Positions 1 to 17,671 of a stretch of DNA of 64,000 nucleotides are shown piece after piece. How positions within the stretch are numbered: position 1 is the stretch's first letter; each line of letters opens with the position of its first letter. The stretch comes from Blastocystis sp. Blastoise (Eukaryota; Protista; Bigyra: Opalinata): assembly GCA_039096225.1 (NCBI GenBank), contig JBBPEB010000027.1, positions 620,001 to 684,000 on the forward strand, written 5' to 3'. The translations under genes and the position numbers were made by a program. The notes under the pieces are model-generated. The model had not been told where the DNA came from. It was given only the letters and a program-made list of their open reading frames with translations, and did not search any database.

Positions 1-112
1 AATATATATAGAATAATATATATAGAATAATATAAAATGCTACTATTTAATATCATTTACAAATATATATATATATTAATAATAATAATAATAATAATAT
101 ATATATATATAC

Positions 113-1075
<963 letters not shown>

Positions 1076-1320
1076 GATATTATATAAATGGATTAAATAT
1101 ACAAAGAAAGAAAAACCATACAAAAATGTTAAACAAAAAATTTCACGATTATTTATAATTTTAAACTAGGAAAACCATTTATTTCAGTGAAATGATTACT
1201 TTTGTTAGAAAACAGTGTAAGGATGTATAAACAAAACAAGAATAATAATAGAATATGATTTACATAAAAAAACACCTTGATTCATCGAAAAAAAAGAGAT
1301 ATTTAAAAGAAAAATAAAGT

Positions 1321-2090
1321 TTAATCGATTTTAATGTTATTGAATATTTTTTTCACAAATACTTCAGCAGCTGATGACGATATATAAGCAGTAACCAGTG
1401 ATATGCAACTACTAAGAAGAAGCTAAAGAAATAATAAGAAATTAGAACTATTGAATTAGCAATAAAATATAATGATTCAAGAGATATAGAATTAATAATT
1501 ATATATATATAAAGAGAGAGAATAGAATTACATACAGCTTCAGTGAAGAAGAAAAGAGTTTGAATATATCCAGACATTTCCGTTTTATATAAATAGAAAT
1601 AGACACAATAAATAAAGACATAAAGTCCCGTAGATAAACCCGAGAAATAAGAGGTCCATCTCCAATTATAATTCTCAACATTTAATAATATATAAGTACC
1701 AACAATAGATACACAAATGGTAATAATCAATAAAACAACTATATATATATATAGTATAATCATGAAAGATAAATAAATAGTTCGATATATAGTAATAATA
1801 ATATAAATATTATGTATAATAATAATAATAATAATAATAATATAAATAATGTGTGAACATATGATAATAATAATAATATATATATCATACGGACCATGAA
1901 TAATAAGAATCCATAAACATAATAATATTTATAAGACCATAAAGAGGTGAAGATGAAGAATATTTCAATGAAAATGGCACCAAAAGGTAGTAATCCAGAA
2001 ATGAAAGAGATGAATACAGGGGTAGTGTAGAAGGGAGTAGAAGGAATAGGAGAAGGAAGAGAAGACGTACGACATGGATAATTAGGAATA

Positions 2091-2161
<71 letters not shown>

Positions 2162-2716
2162 AAATAGTAGAATTGTTAAAATAAAATAGTAATTATATAT
2201 AATATATATATACCATTAATATTTCTGCCAATAATAGTACCAATAGTTTGAAGTGGTATCATAATTAGTGCCCAAATAGCTAGTATATAGAGAAATACTT
2301 GTACAGGAACAGTAGTAGCATGAAGATAAGTAGACATTAGTATATGAAGGAAGAGATATCCAATAGATACCAATACTATTATATATATATATATAGAGAG
2401 AGAGAGAGAATATATATTAATAATAAAATTTCATATTTGAAAAAAGAAGAAAATAATAGTTATAAAATATATAAAAAAATAATATATATAGAATATACAT
2501 TAATAATAAAATTTCATATTTGAAAAAAGAAGAAAATAATAGTTATATATATATATATATACAAGGTAATGCGGATACCGCGAGGATCATAGTGAAAGTC
2601 CATTTGGGTGAAGGATGAGGGAAGAACGCCTTACGGTATATAGATCCAGAGACATAACCATTAACGAGGGTACAGGCACAATAGATAATAATGAAATATG
2701 TAATAATATCATCATC

Positions 2717-2747
<31 letters not shown>

Positions 2748-3779
2748 GATTATACAAAAGATACTAGAAATACAATAATAATAATTATATATATATATAT
2801 ATATATATATACGTTGAACATAATGTCCTCCAAATAAAATTAGCATCAGAGAAATGAGAATAGAAAAACATAATTGTGCACCAGTACCCTATATATATGT
2901 ATATATATTATTAAAAAAACAATATAACAATATAAGTATATATATATACCATAAGAATACTGTACATTTGGATATGTACGGGTGTACGAAACACATCTCC
3001 ATGAATTCGTTTCCATCCGCTATCATCTTTGTTTCTCTCTACGTTATCACTATAATCTTGTTTATAACGGGCATAATCATAGTTTAATGTTCTCATCATA
3101 ATAAGAGCAACTAAACCGGCTAAGAAGATAACTATCATAAAACTATTCAGAATAGAAAACCAATGAATTTGAGACTCAAAGAAATTATATTCTAAATAAC
3201 GATTAAATCGCTGAGAAAATGGAACGTCAGTATATACCCATTTACAAGAATAAGTAAATGTAATAGGACTATATATATATGATTATATTATTATTATTTA
3301 TATATATATTATATATTATATTATTATTATTTATATATATTATATATTATATATTATATATATATATATTATATATATACACAAGAGGTTCGACTTTGGT
3401 AAGAACGGAGGAAGTGAGATTGACTTCAATGATATTATTCTGATTATAAGAGAGAGTGAAGTGACGATGTGTATATATAAATGTCTTATCAGGCAAAACT
3501 TCATGAGTTACCTATATATATAGATATATATATATATATAATTCTAAATAAATAATATATATAAAGAGAAAGTTGTATATAGATAAGAACAGCAAATAAT
3601 ATATAGATTATTTTATAAGATATTTTAACAATATATATATATAATTATATTTAAAGATAGCTTTAATAATAAATATATATATATATATACTCCTTGTTCT
3701 TCTAGTTTATCGACAGCATCCTGACTGAGGTTCAGATCACCGACTTTCGACCAGATGGGCAAGCCATCAATATCCAACT

Positions 3780-3850
<71 letters not shown>

Positions 3851-4539
3851 TATATATATATATATAGTATTTAGTAATAGTAAATAATAATATATATTAT
3901 AATATATACTATAATATATATTATAATATATATATATATATAATCATACTTGATACCAATAATGATTTGAAATAGCATACTGTATACTTTCGGTCTCTAT
4001 TTCATTCAAATTCCTATACATATAACATTAAGTATATATATAATAAATATTATAAATATAATAATAATAAATGTAAATATAAATATAATAAATTTAATAA
4101 ACAAATAACCATAATAAACACAATAAACAAATAAACATAATAAATTTAATAAATAAAATAAATATAATAAACACAATAAACACAATAAACATAATAAATT
4201 TAATAAACAAATAACCATAATAAACACAATATACATTTGACAGAGATCTTCTTTTTCGATATCTTTTTTAAATAATAATTTAATACCAGAGTTTTGAAGG
4301 AGATGTCCCTCAATAACTTCAGAAATACCACCAGTTTTAACTTCTAAGTCTTTAGGTAAATCAGGTTTGCAAAAAGGTAAATCGTAATAATCATAAGTTT
4401 CATGAGGATTATGATATGGTCCAATTCTGTTGATCCAAACATAGATAGGTTCTCCTTCTTCGTAATCATGATCAGAATTAAGTGCTACAGTATTGTAAAT
4501 AAAGATGCATAAAAAGATTGTCAAAATTATGGATTTCAT
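1321..4539 (-). CDS. TM9SF: Transmembrane 9 superfamily (EMP70/nonaspanin) protein, about 11 exons
   Basis: Signal peptide, NRIGPYHNPHETYDYYDLPFC, IHWFSILNS, GWKRIHGDVFR, GLLPFGAIFIE, C-terminal NIKID*. Confidence 0.93.
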
Positions 4540-5412
4540 CTTCTAAATGCGAATGTAAGATTTAAATGTGTAACACTTCTAAAAACTACACTTTTTATTT
4601 ATTATAAAATGAAAAGTCATCAATTCTGTACACATTCCAAAAAAACAAGTTTTTCTTCTTTATGTCCATTGATTAAACACAATTTTTTTGGATTATATTT
4701 CTGTCGTATGTTTTCATCATATCTGATGATCTATGTATATAATTATATGAATTCTTTTTTTAATATAGAGTACAAGTAGATCACTGATAGTTAAATCACT
4801 ATTCTCTAAAAAATGTAAACATAAATGGGTTCTTCACATCTTGTAATTCAATCTATCTGAATTTATTTTTTATTATTTTTATGCTTCTCATAGTCTGTAC
4901 ATCTTGAATGAATGGTTGTAACTTTTTTTAATAAAACAATTGAATATATGTTAACGTAATATCCTAAATTTTTTTGTGATTTTGTCATTTTATATGCTAA
5001 AAGAAAATCATACATGAACTTCTTATCATTATTTTTCATTATAGATCAAATGTAATCATAGTGAATAGCACTAATTGAATTATTTTAATTATATTTCCCT
5101 TCAGCAATAGTTTCCATAAGTGTTCCATCTATATTTATTTTCCAAACTACACATAAAAGTAGGAAAAAATATTGATTCTTACAATTAAAACTAGATATAT
5201 CACTACCATATCCATATAGATCGGTTTTCTTTCAATATTTTATATTTATTTCATAAATAAGTAAAAACAACAAGAAAAATAGAATAAAAAAATGACTTTC
5301 AAAAAATGAGCTGAAAGAATAGAATATTCGTGAAACAAAGCAAGAACATGACTACATTTTTGGACATTCACTATTTCTTGCTTTTCATTAAGAATACATC
5401 ACCAACTTAAAT

Positions 5413-5919
5413 ATGTCTGAATCTAAAGGACTTCGTTATCGTAAGATTATCACTGAAGATGGTAAACAAAAGGAAGAATCACTTGTTAGTTTAGCTCTTG
5501 CAAAGAATGCTAAATATAACAAAGTATGTTTATAATAAATAAATTTAATTTAATCTTTAAAACTAAACATTGTTTTTCTAGCTTCGATTTCCTGATTTCT
5601 TAGACATTATTTTCTGGATGAAAGTTATTTTTGCTATGTATATCTCTTCTTTCTATTTTATATGTTGAATCAAAATATTCTCTATATAAATTATAGTGTT
5701 ATTGGTATTACTTGGGGTATTATTCCTCTTTATGGTTTCATTCCTGGCTTAGCTGGTGTTTGTTTCGTAACGATGATGCCTTACTTCTATTCTACTTACT
5801 ATTTAAATGTAGATGAAAATGATTTCGACTTTAATACCATTCTTATGGAAGCTGTCATTCCCTCCAACGCTTTATTTTTCCTCTGTTGGATTGTTACTTT
5901 CACTTGTTTTCATGCATAA
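5413..5919 (+). CDS. Rab5ip/EMC6-family small membrane protein (C20orf24-like), 3 exons
   Basis: DFLDIIFWMKVIFA..VIGITWGIIPLYG..FYSTYYLNVDENDF..FFLCWIVTFT resembles the Rab5ip family. Confidence 0.75.
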
Positions 5920-6150
5920 ATAAATATAAAGTGATGAACTATAATTTTTATTCCGTTTTTATTTTCTCTTCTAATTTCTTTTGTATGGGTTAAAACACTA
6001 GTTAGCTTTTATATATTTAAATTCTATATCTAGTTATATTACAAAATATTTTGTTTTGCTTTTCATTTTAATTATTTAACTTTAAAAAATAGATATATAA
6101 ACAGACAAAAAATTATATATAAATAATTTTCTTTTTAAAAAAGAAAAAGT

Positions 6151-6223
6151 TGGAGAAGAGGGGCATCGATCCCCTTACCTCTCGCATGCTAAGCGAGCGC
6201 TCTACCATCTGAGCTACATCCCC
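6151..6223 (-). tRNA. tRNA-Ala (anticodon AGC)
   Basis: GGGGATGTAGCTCAGATGGTAGAGCGCTCGCTTAGCATGCGAGAGGTAAGGGGATCGATGCCCCTCTTCTCCA folds as a cloverleaf; G3:U70 Ala identity pair; downstream T-runs (Pol III terminator). Confidence 0.96.
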
Positions 6224-6697
6224 TTATGAAAAACTCTATTTATATCCTTAGTTTTTAATTATTTTTATTTTCAACATATTTTTTAATTTTATTTCTTATG
6301 AACTTTCATTAAATATTTAATATATACATATAAAATGTAGATAAATAAATAAATCATGTATAAAGCTATATAAAAACTATTTTAATTGAATACAAGACCA
6401 ATATAAAAAGTTTTAATTCGATAAAAACATTTGACAATATTTTTATTTTTGATATTTTTTCTTTTTTTAATAAAATTTTTTCATTTTGTTGTTTCATTTT
6501 TATTTTATGATTATCTTCCATGTGATCATGCATACAAACGTATGAACTATAACAAAACTTATAATCAAAAATAATTTTACTTGATGAGGTCACTATTGAT
6601 GAACTAAACAATATATATATATTACTAATGAATTTATTCTATATTCTCAAATACATATAATAAAGAATAAAAGTAGAATTGTTTAAAAGAGTGAGAA

Positions 6698-7263
6698 TTA
6701 TTCTTTTTTTTCTTGTTCTTTAGATTCGTCTTTGCTTTTTGAAGTTTCTTCATTACTAATACTTCCTGCTTCTTCTAGCATTTTCTTTAATTCTCCAGAT
6801 TCATAAAGTTGCATCATAATATCACAACCTCCTACAAACTCACCTTTGATAAATAACTGTGGATATGTTTGCCAATGCGAAACTTCTTTAAGACCATCTT
6901 TGACAGCTTCACTTGTAAGAATATTAGCACTAGCAAAATCGGAACCTAAAGTTTTCAATATCTGTACTGCTTTATAACTGAAACCACACATAGGATTTGA
7001 CGGTGTTCCTTTCATGAAAAGCATAACTGGATTTTCTGTGACGATCTACAAAATATAGAGATTTACAACTTTAATTAGCTTACTTTGTTTATAAACTCTT
7101 TGACTTCTTTTGGATCATATTGTCTTCTCTCAGCTTTACGTTTTGGTTGAGCAGCAGCAGCTGCAGCTTCTTTTGGAACTGTAGCAAAGAATAATTTGGA
7201 TGATTGAAGTGATGTAGAGAGTAAGGGTTGTGAAAATTTAATGATACGAGGAAGAGAAAACAT
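6698..7263 (-). CDS. GRX5: Mitochondrial monothiol glutaredoxin (Grx5/GrxD), 2 exons
   Basis: LFMKGTP..PMCGFS, WQTYPQLFIKGEFVGGCDI; Ser/Arg-rich N-terminal presequence MFSLPRIIKFS. Confidence 0.93.
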
Positions 7264-7715
7264 ATTATAGTTTTTAATAAGAAAAAGAAAATGAAAAAGA
7301 AACACTTTTTTTCTTTAGGAATATTTTCTTTAGGTCTCTTCTTTTGTGAAACTCACATATATATTTGCAAATAATGAACTATTAAGAATAGAATACAGTA
7401 AATAAGACTAGTATTCTATCTCATTATTGTTACATGAGTAATAATTAATCAGTATTTTCTTTCTTTTCTATGTGATTTCTTTATATCGTTATGATCCTTT
7501 CATAAGAAAAAAGAAAAAAGAATATTATATTGCAAAAAATGAGTCCAATTAATGTGATTAACAAATAAAACTTATTATTGTTACAGATTATTATAGATGA
7601 ACAAACGCAATAGCGAAGGTACAACTGCCGTTGAAAAATGATACCTGAAGCAGCAAGATAAAATAATAAAAATTAAAAAAAGTTAAAAAAAATAGGTTTT
7701 GAATGACAACACTAA

Positions 7716-8946
7716 TTATTGAATGTCTTCTTCAATAGGTATCGTTTGACTGTTAGTACTAATAGAGTTTGCGCGGAGTTCTTCCTCTCTAAGAGTAGGA
7801 TCATGATCTGGATTCATATCTACAGTATCTTGAGGAGGAATATAATCCTCTCCTTTTATTTCTTTATATCTATAGAATAACAATTAATAAATAATTTGGT
7901 AAATAGTGTTTTAAAAAAAGAATTTAAAATATTTATCATAAAATAATGAGTATATTAATATAAAATAATAAAAAATGAAATTATTTTAATATTATTATTA
8001 AATTTATATACTTATTCACTTCATTTTGATAACGTTGACGATCATCTTGAGCCATTTTCTCATAGGGCTAAATATATTATAAATATAAACATAAATATAT
8101 ATATAATATAAGCATAAATATATAATATAAACATAAATATATATATAATATAAGCATAAATATATATAGAATATAAACATAAATACAATATAAATATATA
8201 TATATATATATATAAACTAAAACTAACAATACTAAGGATATACTTCTTTTTGTTCTTCAGAGAGAGTGCGCCACGCAGCACCTATTTTTTTACCAACTAA
8301 AAAGAGTATGAAATAATAGTATATATAAAATAATTTAGCATTCTATTCTATCGAATAATAGAATAATAATAATAATAATAATTCTTATTTATATAAATAC
8401 TTTCACCAAAGGATGCTTCGGTATTTTCTTGTTTTATCTTAGGTCTCATAGCTTTAAAAAAGAACATATATGGAGCTGAGGCAGCCTTAGGAGCATTCGG
8501 ATCTCGCTTACGTTTCCTTTTTGTAACTGTCTTTTTGTCAATATCTGTTGTCTAAAGAGAAAATATACAATAAATCATTGTTTAGAGTATAGGCATGAAG
8601 AATTTACATCAAGTAATTTATTTTTTTCTCTTCGAAAAGTGTCTTCATAAGACATTTCTTCGTATTTCTACAAATGAATATAACATATGAAATTATTAAA
8701 TCAAATACACGTTTTTCTTCTGGAAGGAGTTTCTCCCATTCTTCTACAATAGCCTTTCCTAAAGAAACATAGGATGCTGACGCATTCTTTTCCCAGATCT
8801 TCGATCTGTTCTCACCAGCAAATATCATAAAAGCGGTCAGAACAGGTCTTGTCTTTTTGGCATTTTGTTTTGCTATTGATATTGAATCAAAAGTATTTTA
8901 GATGTATACTCTTTGATGTAGTAGTTGCTTTTTGACCTTTAACCAT
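7716..8946 (-). CDS. Two-HMG-box protein, about 7 exons
   Basis: RPVLTAFMIFAGENR..LGKAIVEEWEKL and KRDPNAPKAASAPYMFFFKAMRPKIKQEN..FGEIGKKIGAAWRTLSEEQKEPYEKMA. Confidence 0.9.
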
Positions 8947-9322
8947 TTCAATAAATAATTAAAAAAATGAAGTCAAAAGAATAATAATGTTTGAAAAGCG
9001 GGATTTTTACTAATTTAAAAAATGTTTAAAATAAATACAATTCATAATAAGTCATTGAATAACATTTGATTAGTATATACAGTATACTATGAAGGAGAAT
9101 GTTCAAAAATGAAAATGACAATTGTCTGAAGATAAATAAATGATATGTAAGAACGCACTACATATAGAGAATAGATTTCACCTATTTAATATAGTCTCGC
9201 ATAAGAAAAGACAAAACATATAGAAAAGAAATTGAACAAATAGTAAATGAAAAACAAAAACATCAACAAAAAACATAAATACAAGATAATAATAAAAGAG
9301 AACAAATAAGAGTTGAATAAGT

Positions 9323-10967
<1,645 letters not shown>

Positions 10968-11149
10968 TGGTATATAGTTGTATAAATGTAGATCAAAAAA
11001 ATGAAGGGATAAAAAAGGACTTTTCTCAAAAGTTATGGGAATTGCTTTAATCTTCAGAGATATTTATTAAATACCCAGTATTCTTTTATTTGTGTAAATT
11101 AAGAAAATTTTTTTTTTTAATATTTTCTGTTTTAGTCTCATTATAAATT

Positions 11150-11820
11150 ATGTTTAGGCAAGCTGCTACAAAATCTGCTAAGCTGAAGGCTAAATTACAT
11201 CCTGAACCTGCTCAAACATGGAAAATTCTTAGAGGAGATCTTGTTGAAGTTATACAAGGAGAGGAACAAGGAAAACAAGGAAAAGTTCTTAAAGTAATTC
11301 GTGCAGATAATCGTGTCATTGTAGAGAGTGTTAATACTGTATGTATATTTAAGAAATATTTCTATTTGACAATTATTCAAACTATATATTTTGAATAGAA
11401 AAAATATTAATTTTATTCAATATAGAGAAATAAAATTATCAAAGATCAACAAACTCAAAAAAGACAATCTATTAAACTTGAATCTCCACTTCCTATATCA
11501 ACAGTATCTCTTCTTGATCCTAAAGATGGAAAGCCAACTAAAGTAGAATATAAGACAATAGATGGTAAGAAAGTACGTGTAGCTACTCGTACAGGAAATA
11601 TTATTCCTAAACCTCCGGAATGTTTGTCACGTACTATACCTCGTAATACTACTATTGGACCAAAAGATACCAATCCAGATGATGTATATTATATATCTAT
11701 TATATATATTATATATATTATATATATTATTATAATAACTAATAATACTTAGTATAATATAAACTATAACTTTTTTGTAATCTTATTCTTTTATTTTTTT
11801 TTTCAATCTCATCTATCAAA

Positions 11821-11893
<73 letters not shown>

Positions 11894-11968
11894 GTATTAG
11901 AAATGACATTTAATCCTGAAATTGAATTAAAGAAGGCATTAAAAGAATTCTATCCTTTCCCTCAGTAA
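11150..11968 (+). CDS. MRPL24: Mitochondrial ribosomal protein uL24m, 3 exons
   Basis: WKILRGDLVEVIQGEEQGKQGKVLKV KOW motif; ESPLPISTVSLLDP..GKKVRVATRTGNIIPKP. Confidence 0.9.
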
Positions 11969-12675
11969 GAATAGAAGCAAAATAAATCATCATCATAACA
12001 ATGCTATTCTTTTTTAATATATATATATACTTCGTTTTCTATCTAGTCTATTATTGTTTTTATTACAATTCCTTATAATTTTAATATTTTTATTTCTTAA
12101 AATTATGATTCTTTTCTACTTTATATTATATTCATATTCTATTTTCATATATATTTTCTATTTATTTATTTGGGGATCCTTGCCTTTGTTGTTTCTTAAA
12201 TTCATTATATTTATTTATTATTTTATAAAAGTTCAAAGATTTAAAAGAAATTAAAACAATATATAAACAAAACAACATTATTATTATTATTTTATTAAAC
12301 AAACACAAAGATAAATAAGGAAAGAGAATAAACTGCGCAATAATATAAATAAAAGTAGAAATAAATATCAAAAATATAAGCAAAATAATTAATCAATAAT
12401 ATTAATGTTACAAAATATAATATATTGTCTCTAATTGTTTTCATTCTATAAATAGAAAGATATAAAGAAAGAGATGATCATTTCTTCATATATTATATAT
12501 ATATGTAAATATAGAATATATGAATAGTTAATGTATGAAGAATGAATCTATATGGAAAGGAGAAAAATGAACGAAAATAACAATATTGTTATTTGTATCT
12601 ATCAGAAAAAAAAAATAGTTCTTTGACATGAACATAAATAGTAAAATACTAATTATTATAAAAAATGGCAAAGAA

Positions 12676-14218
12676 TCAGCCAAGTTCTACTGGATAATGA
12701 TAGGTCATCAGGTTATTGACTTGATAAGCAGTTTCTTCACTGATGGTGGTTAAGAAACCAGGAGAAATATAATCAAAACCATTGAATTCTTCTTCAATTT
12801 CTTTAGGGTAGAAATTTGTATTATGAACAGACATTGTTTTATTTAAATTAGCGTGTTTTGTAGCATCTGTTGTATCATCAACTTCAAACACGGTAATTTC
12901 TCGATTTTTGACTTTTTCTATATCAATTCCATTAAAGAAAGGATGTTTTAAAATATCTTCATAATCTCCTTCTCCTGCTCCTAGACGTGTATGTGATATT
13001 TTAGTTAACATACATTTAATAAGAGAAACAGCTTGTGAAGATAAATAGGAAGGATAAGTAGGTTCTCCTTCTATAATTTGTTTACGACGTGATTCTTTAT
13101 GACCAGAAAAAGCAGGTGTACCTGTTAATAATTCATAAATAACACAACCACATTGCCACCAATCTAAAGCACGTGTATATCCAATAGTACCCGTAAACAT
13201 TTCAGGAGGTCGATATAAATCAGTTCCACAAAAAGAATAAGCACGACCTTTGAATGAACTTATCATTTTCGATAATCCAAAATCAGCTAATTTAATATGA
13301 CCTTGAGTATCAATAAGAATATTTTCTGGTTTGATATCACGATGAAGAACATGCATATGATGTAAATGACCTATAGCAAGAATAAGTTCTGTTGCTATTA
13401 ATTTCACTTTATTCTCGGGTAAACGACCAAATTTTTTTAATTTCGAATAAAGATCACCACCACCACCATATTCTAACACATAAAATAACTTATTTCCACT
13501 TCGAAAACAACATTCCATATGAACAATAAAATCACAATTATTTAAATATTGCATAATTGTTCTTTCATCAATGAATTGATTAAGGAGATCTTTTCCAGTT
13601 CCATTCAATGTAACAGTTTTCACAGCATATAATTGATTATTTGTTTTCAAACGACATAATTGTACTTGACCAAAAGCTCCACTACCTATTTCACGGATAA
13701 CATCGAAGTCATTGACTGAAACAGAGTACTGACAACTCTTTAATAAACCAATCCAAGAATAAAAAAGGTTTTCATCATCAAAAAGTAATATTAAAGGCTT
13801 ATCTTGCTTTGGTACAATATTGATAAGATATTTCTCTTTAGAAATAAAAGAAAATACTTGAGAATCGACGATATTGATCATTCTTTTGACATTCTCAATG
13901 GGTTCATCGTCAGCTACACGCTTTAATTCTTCATAAGTTTCTATAGATTCTAATTCTCTAGATCTTTCTTTTCCGTAACATAACAGATATTTCGATTTTA
14001 ATACAAAAAAACGCTTCGAAGTAAATCCTATGCCGGGATTTCGTTTTTTTCTTGCAAAGCTAAAAAAATCAGAAGGAAGTTTACATAGCAATTGATAAGA
14101 AGGTCTAGAGTTTTGTAAGTTACCTTCTGAACCTTGTCGACCAGGAGGAGGACCTAAGAAAAGTGTTAATACAATGAATAAGAAAAACAATACCAAATAT
14201 ACCAAGAATAGTGTTCAT
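12676..14218 (-). CDS. PH-domain AGC Ser/Thr kinase (PKB/S6K-like), short first exon MNTILG
   Basis: PH-like N-terminus (KRFFVLKSKYLLCY), GSGAFG, HRDIKPEN, DFG, SFCGT, hydrophobic motif FNGFDY. Confidence 0.9.
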
Positions 14219-15182
14219 CTCATAAATAAGTTAATATACTCTTTTTTCTATTCACAATTCAATCTTTAAAGCTACTATACAGTAACTAAAATCAGAAGTA
14301 TTTCGAGAAAACGAGAAGCCCAACAAAAGAAAAGAATAAATTCTATCTTTTTGTGGAATTCGGGAAAGAGTTCAGCTGATTCTATAAGAAATTCATTTTC
14401 TTCTAGCCAAAAAGTTTTATTCATGAATATTTTATAGAAAATGGATGTATTTTCTAAATATCCGTGATTTACTGAACTGGCTCTGTTGTTACAGTTGTGT
14501 TTTCGAACTTCGATTCGAAAGGGAAAAGAAGCTGATTTCGAGAATTATTGGTAAAGAGAGCAGATATCTAATTCATCTGATTTATAAATAGAAGTATTTC
14601 GAATATCAAAAGGAATATATTTTAAGATTGCATTATTTTTTGTGATCTATTTTCTAATTACTTTTTATATTCAGTTAAAAATTCAGCATATTATCTTCAT
14701 TTATAAAACAATTGTTATATTTATTTATAGATTACGTATTTATATCAATTCATAATACGTATGAAGATTGGTTTAGTTTATATATTTAGTATTTAGAAGA
14801 AATATATTGGAGTGATCCTGATTTCATTGAATGTTAGAAATTTCTTCATAAATAATTAAAACAGAAATAAAGTTGTAAAAGAGTTTTAATAATACTTTAG
14901 AAACATATATAAAAATTATTTTGATGTTCTGTTTTTACTTCACTCTTTTGGATTTTTCGAGAAAGTGTATACAAAAGGTTGATAACACTAATATATATAT
15001 AAATAATATAATATTAATTCAAATATTTATAAATAATAAGAATAAATCTAAAAAGCGTGTGGTAACAAAAGAAATGAAAAATTGCTTATTTATGGTGACA
15101 GAAACATGGTTATATTTAATTTTTGGAGTCATTCATTTTATTATTAGAATATCTGTTAAATACAATATATTTTATTATCGCG

Positions 15183-15974
15183 ATGAAGGTTCCTGCACTT
15201 CCCTATATGTTTAAACGGTTGGAACAGTTACAAAGCACAAACCCACCCTTTCATGAGAAAATTGTACACTCTTTGGATATTATAAAGAAAGCTATTCGTA
15301 TATATGGCCCTGAGAAGTTGTCTATAAGTTATAATGGTGGAAAAGAATCGGATGTTATTCTTCATTTATTAAGAATAGCTCTTGTTTCTTATAATCAGCC
15401 TGAAACATTTGATATAGAGAATCTTAAAGATGCAAAGATTAATTCAATGTACTTTGAAAGCGATGATGATTTTGAAGAAATTACTCAACATGTTATTTCT
15501 GTTCAAGAAAAGTATATTGTTATATAATTATATTTTTTAAAGAATTCCAATGTATATAATGATATAAATTGATTTCTAAATATAGTTTACAGATGAATAT
15601 GATCGTAAAGAACACTTCATTTCAAAAAGGAATTCAAGATATATTGGATAATACATCAGTTGAGGCTATTCTACTTGGAAATCGATCAACAGATCCATAT
15701 TCAAGTATTTTAATATTTTTATTGTTGTTTATTTTGTTTTTAATTATTTTTTTATTCTTATTTAAATTTTTTTTATACATTAATATTTCTTTGTGTATTG
15801 TATAATTTATATTTATAATAGAATCTTTGACTTCTTTCTCTCCTAGTTCTCCTGGATGGCCTACATTTATGAGAATATTACCTATATTAGATTGGACTTA
15901 TGGTGAAGTTTGGCTATTTATTGATATATTTAATATTCCTTATTGTCAACTTTATAATCTTGGGTATATATATA

Positions 15975-16064
<90 letters not shown>

Positions 16065-16259
16065 ATTATTATTTAAAATACAATTTCTTTTATTATTCTT
16101 ATCTATATATTTATTTAAAATACAATTTCTTTTTATAGTTATTCTTCTATTGGTAAGAAAGGAAATACTATTCCAAATCCGTTATTACAGACTTCTACAG
16201 GATATGCACATGCGAATACATTAAAAGAATGGGATAACGAACGGTTGTCTAGACAATAA
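15183..16259 (+). CDS. FAD1: FAD synthase (PAPS-reductase family), 4 exons
   Basis: SISYNGGKES, AILLGNRSTDP, SPGWPTFMRILPILDWTYGEVW, PYCQLYNLGYSSIG..TIPNP. Confidence 0.9.
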
Positions 16260-16842
16260 TTATAGAAACTTATTCTTTTATTATAGTTTTATTATTTATC
16301 TATATATAAGTTGAAAGGAAATTCAGAAAACACTATAAATTTTCTATTTTTTTCATTTTTCTTTTAAGTTTTCTCTTCTTTTATTTATAGTTCTATTTTG
16401 AATAATTGAAGTTTTAGTTTAGTTTTTCAACTTTTTCTTTATATATGAATCATCTACAATTCTATATATACTTTTGTAACTATTCTAAAAACAATATTCA
16501 ATATACAGTATAATTAACAGAAATTTAACTGTATATAAAGAATTATCTAGATAATAAAAAGATATAGATTTTTACCGTATTAAAAATAAATAAAAGTGGA
16601 ATAATAAATGATACCAAACCATAAAAAATGAATGAAAATGAATGAAAATGATTTAACTAACTAAAAAAAAATAATCATTAAAAAATAGGAATTATAAAAA
16701 GGAAAGGGCAATGACAATCGAAATAAGAGGAAGTAATATACTTGAAATGAAGAATAATATATAGTAAAATTATGATATATATATATTATTTATATATAGA
16801 TAATAAAATAGAGGTATGAAGGATACTGATGAATAGCAATAA

Positions 16843-16908
<66 letters not shown>

Positions 16909-17258
16909 CATTTATATATATTCAATAAATGATAAATACTAAAGATAAAAAAAATAGGTATGATAAAATCTATTAATAAATAAAAGTTATACTTAAGAAT
17001 ATATAATGAAAGAATAAATGATAGATAATTTTAATAAAATAAGACAAAGAAATAAAAAATAAATATCTATAAAATTGATGAAAACAACATAAATAATGTA
17101 TTTCTATAAATATTTCATAGAACTAAAACTAGAATTAGAAAAAGAAGAAGAATAAAATAACAAAAAGAAGCTGATATTCTTTAAACAATAGTTTAGAAGA
17201 AAAAAAGGAAAATACAAAATAAAACAAGAATATCAACTTTTCTGAATCATTAGAATAT

Positions 17259-17671
17259 TCATGCACTAATCTCTAATTCTTTACATATTTTATCATGCAT
17301 CTCTTTTGCTTTAATAGGATTCACATTTCCTGTCAAAGGATCTGTTCCAAGGGGTCTTCGGAATAATAATACATAAGGTTCGGGTCTATTTAATATGTGA
17401 TATTAATATTAATTCTAAAAATAGAGAATGAATCATGAATTACTTATAAAAAGCGTAATGGACCCAACCACGACTCATAGTGATGTTTAATGATCTCCAT
17501 TCGTTCTCAGATAGTAATCTATTATGAGGAATGGTTTTCGCGACACTCTCAGGTAAAATAACATGTCTACAAAACATAATTGATTAGAATTATAAAGTAT
17601 ATATACCTATATTCATATTGAGAATCATAATATCTCTCTGAATATGCTGGTTGAGTAATAGTCTTTTGCAT
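17259..17671 (-). CDS. CKS1: Cyclin-dependent kinase regulatory subunit CKS1/Suc1, 3 exons (absent from ORF track)
   Basis: Manual splice gives YSERYYDSQYEYRHVILP..RLLSENEWRSLNITMSRGWVHY..KPEPYVLLFRRP. Confidence 0.95.

Noticed and set aside
6151-6223. U6:U67 mismatch in the tRNA-Ala acceptor stem
   Set aside because: Single mismatches are common; all other tRNA features are intact
7590-7660. GC-richer patch with CTGA, possible C/D snoRNA
   Set aside because: No convincing box C or rRNA guide; lies in the HMG gene 3' region
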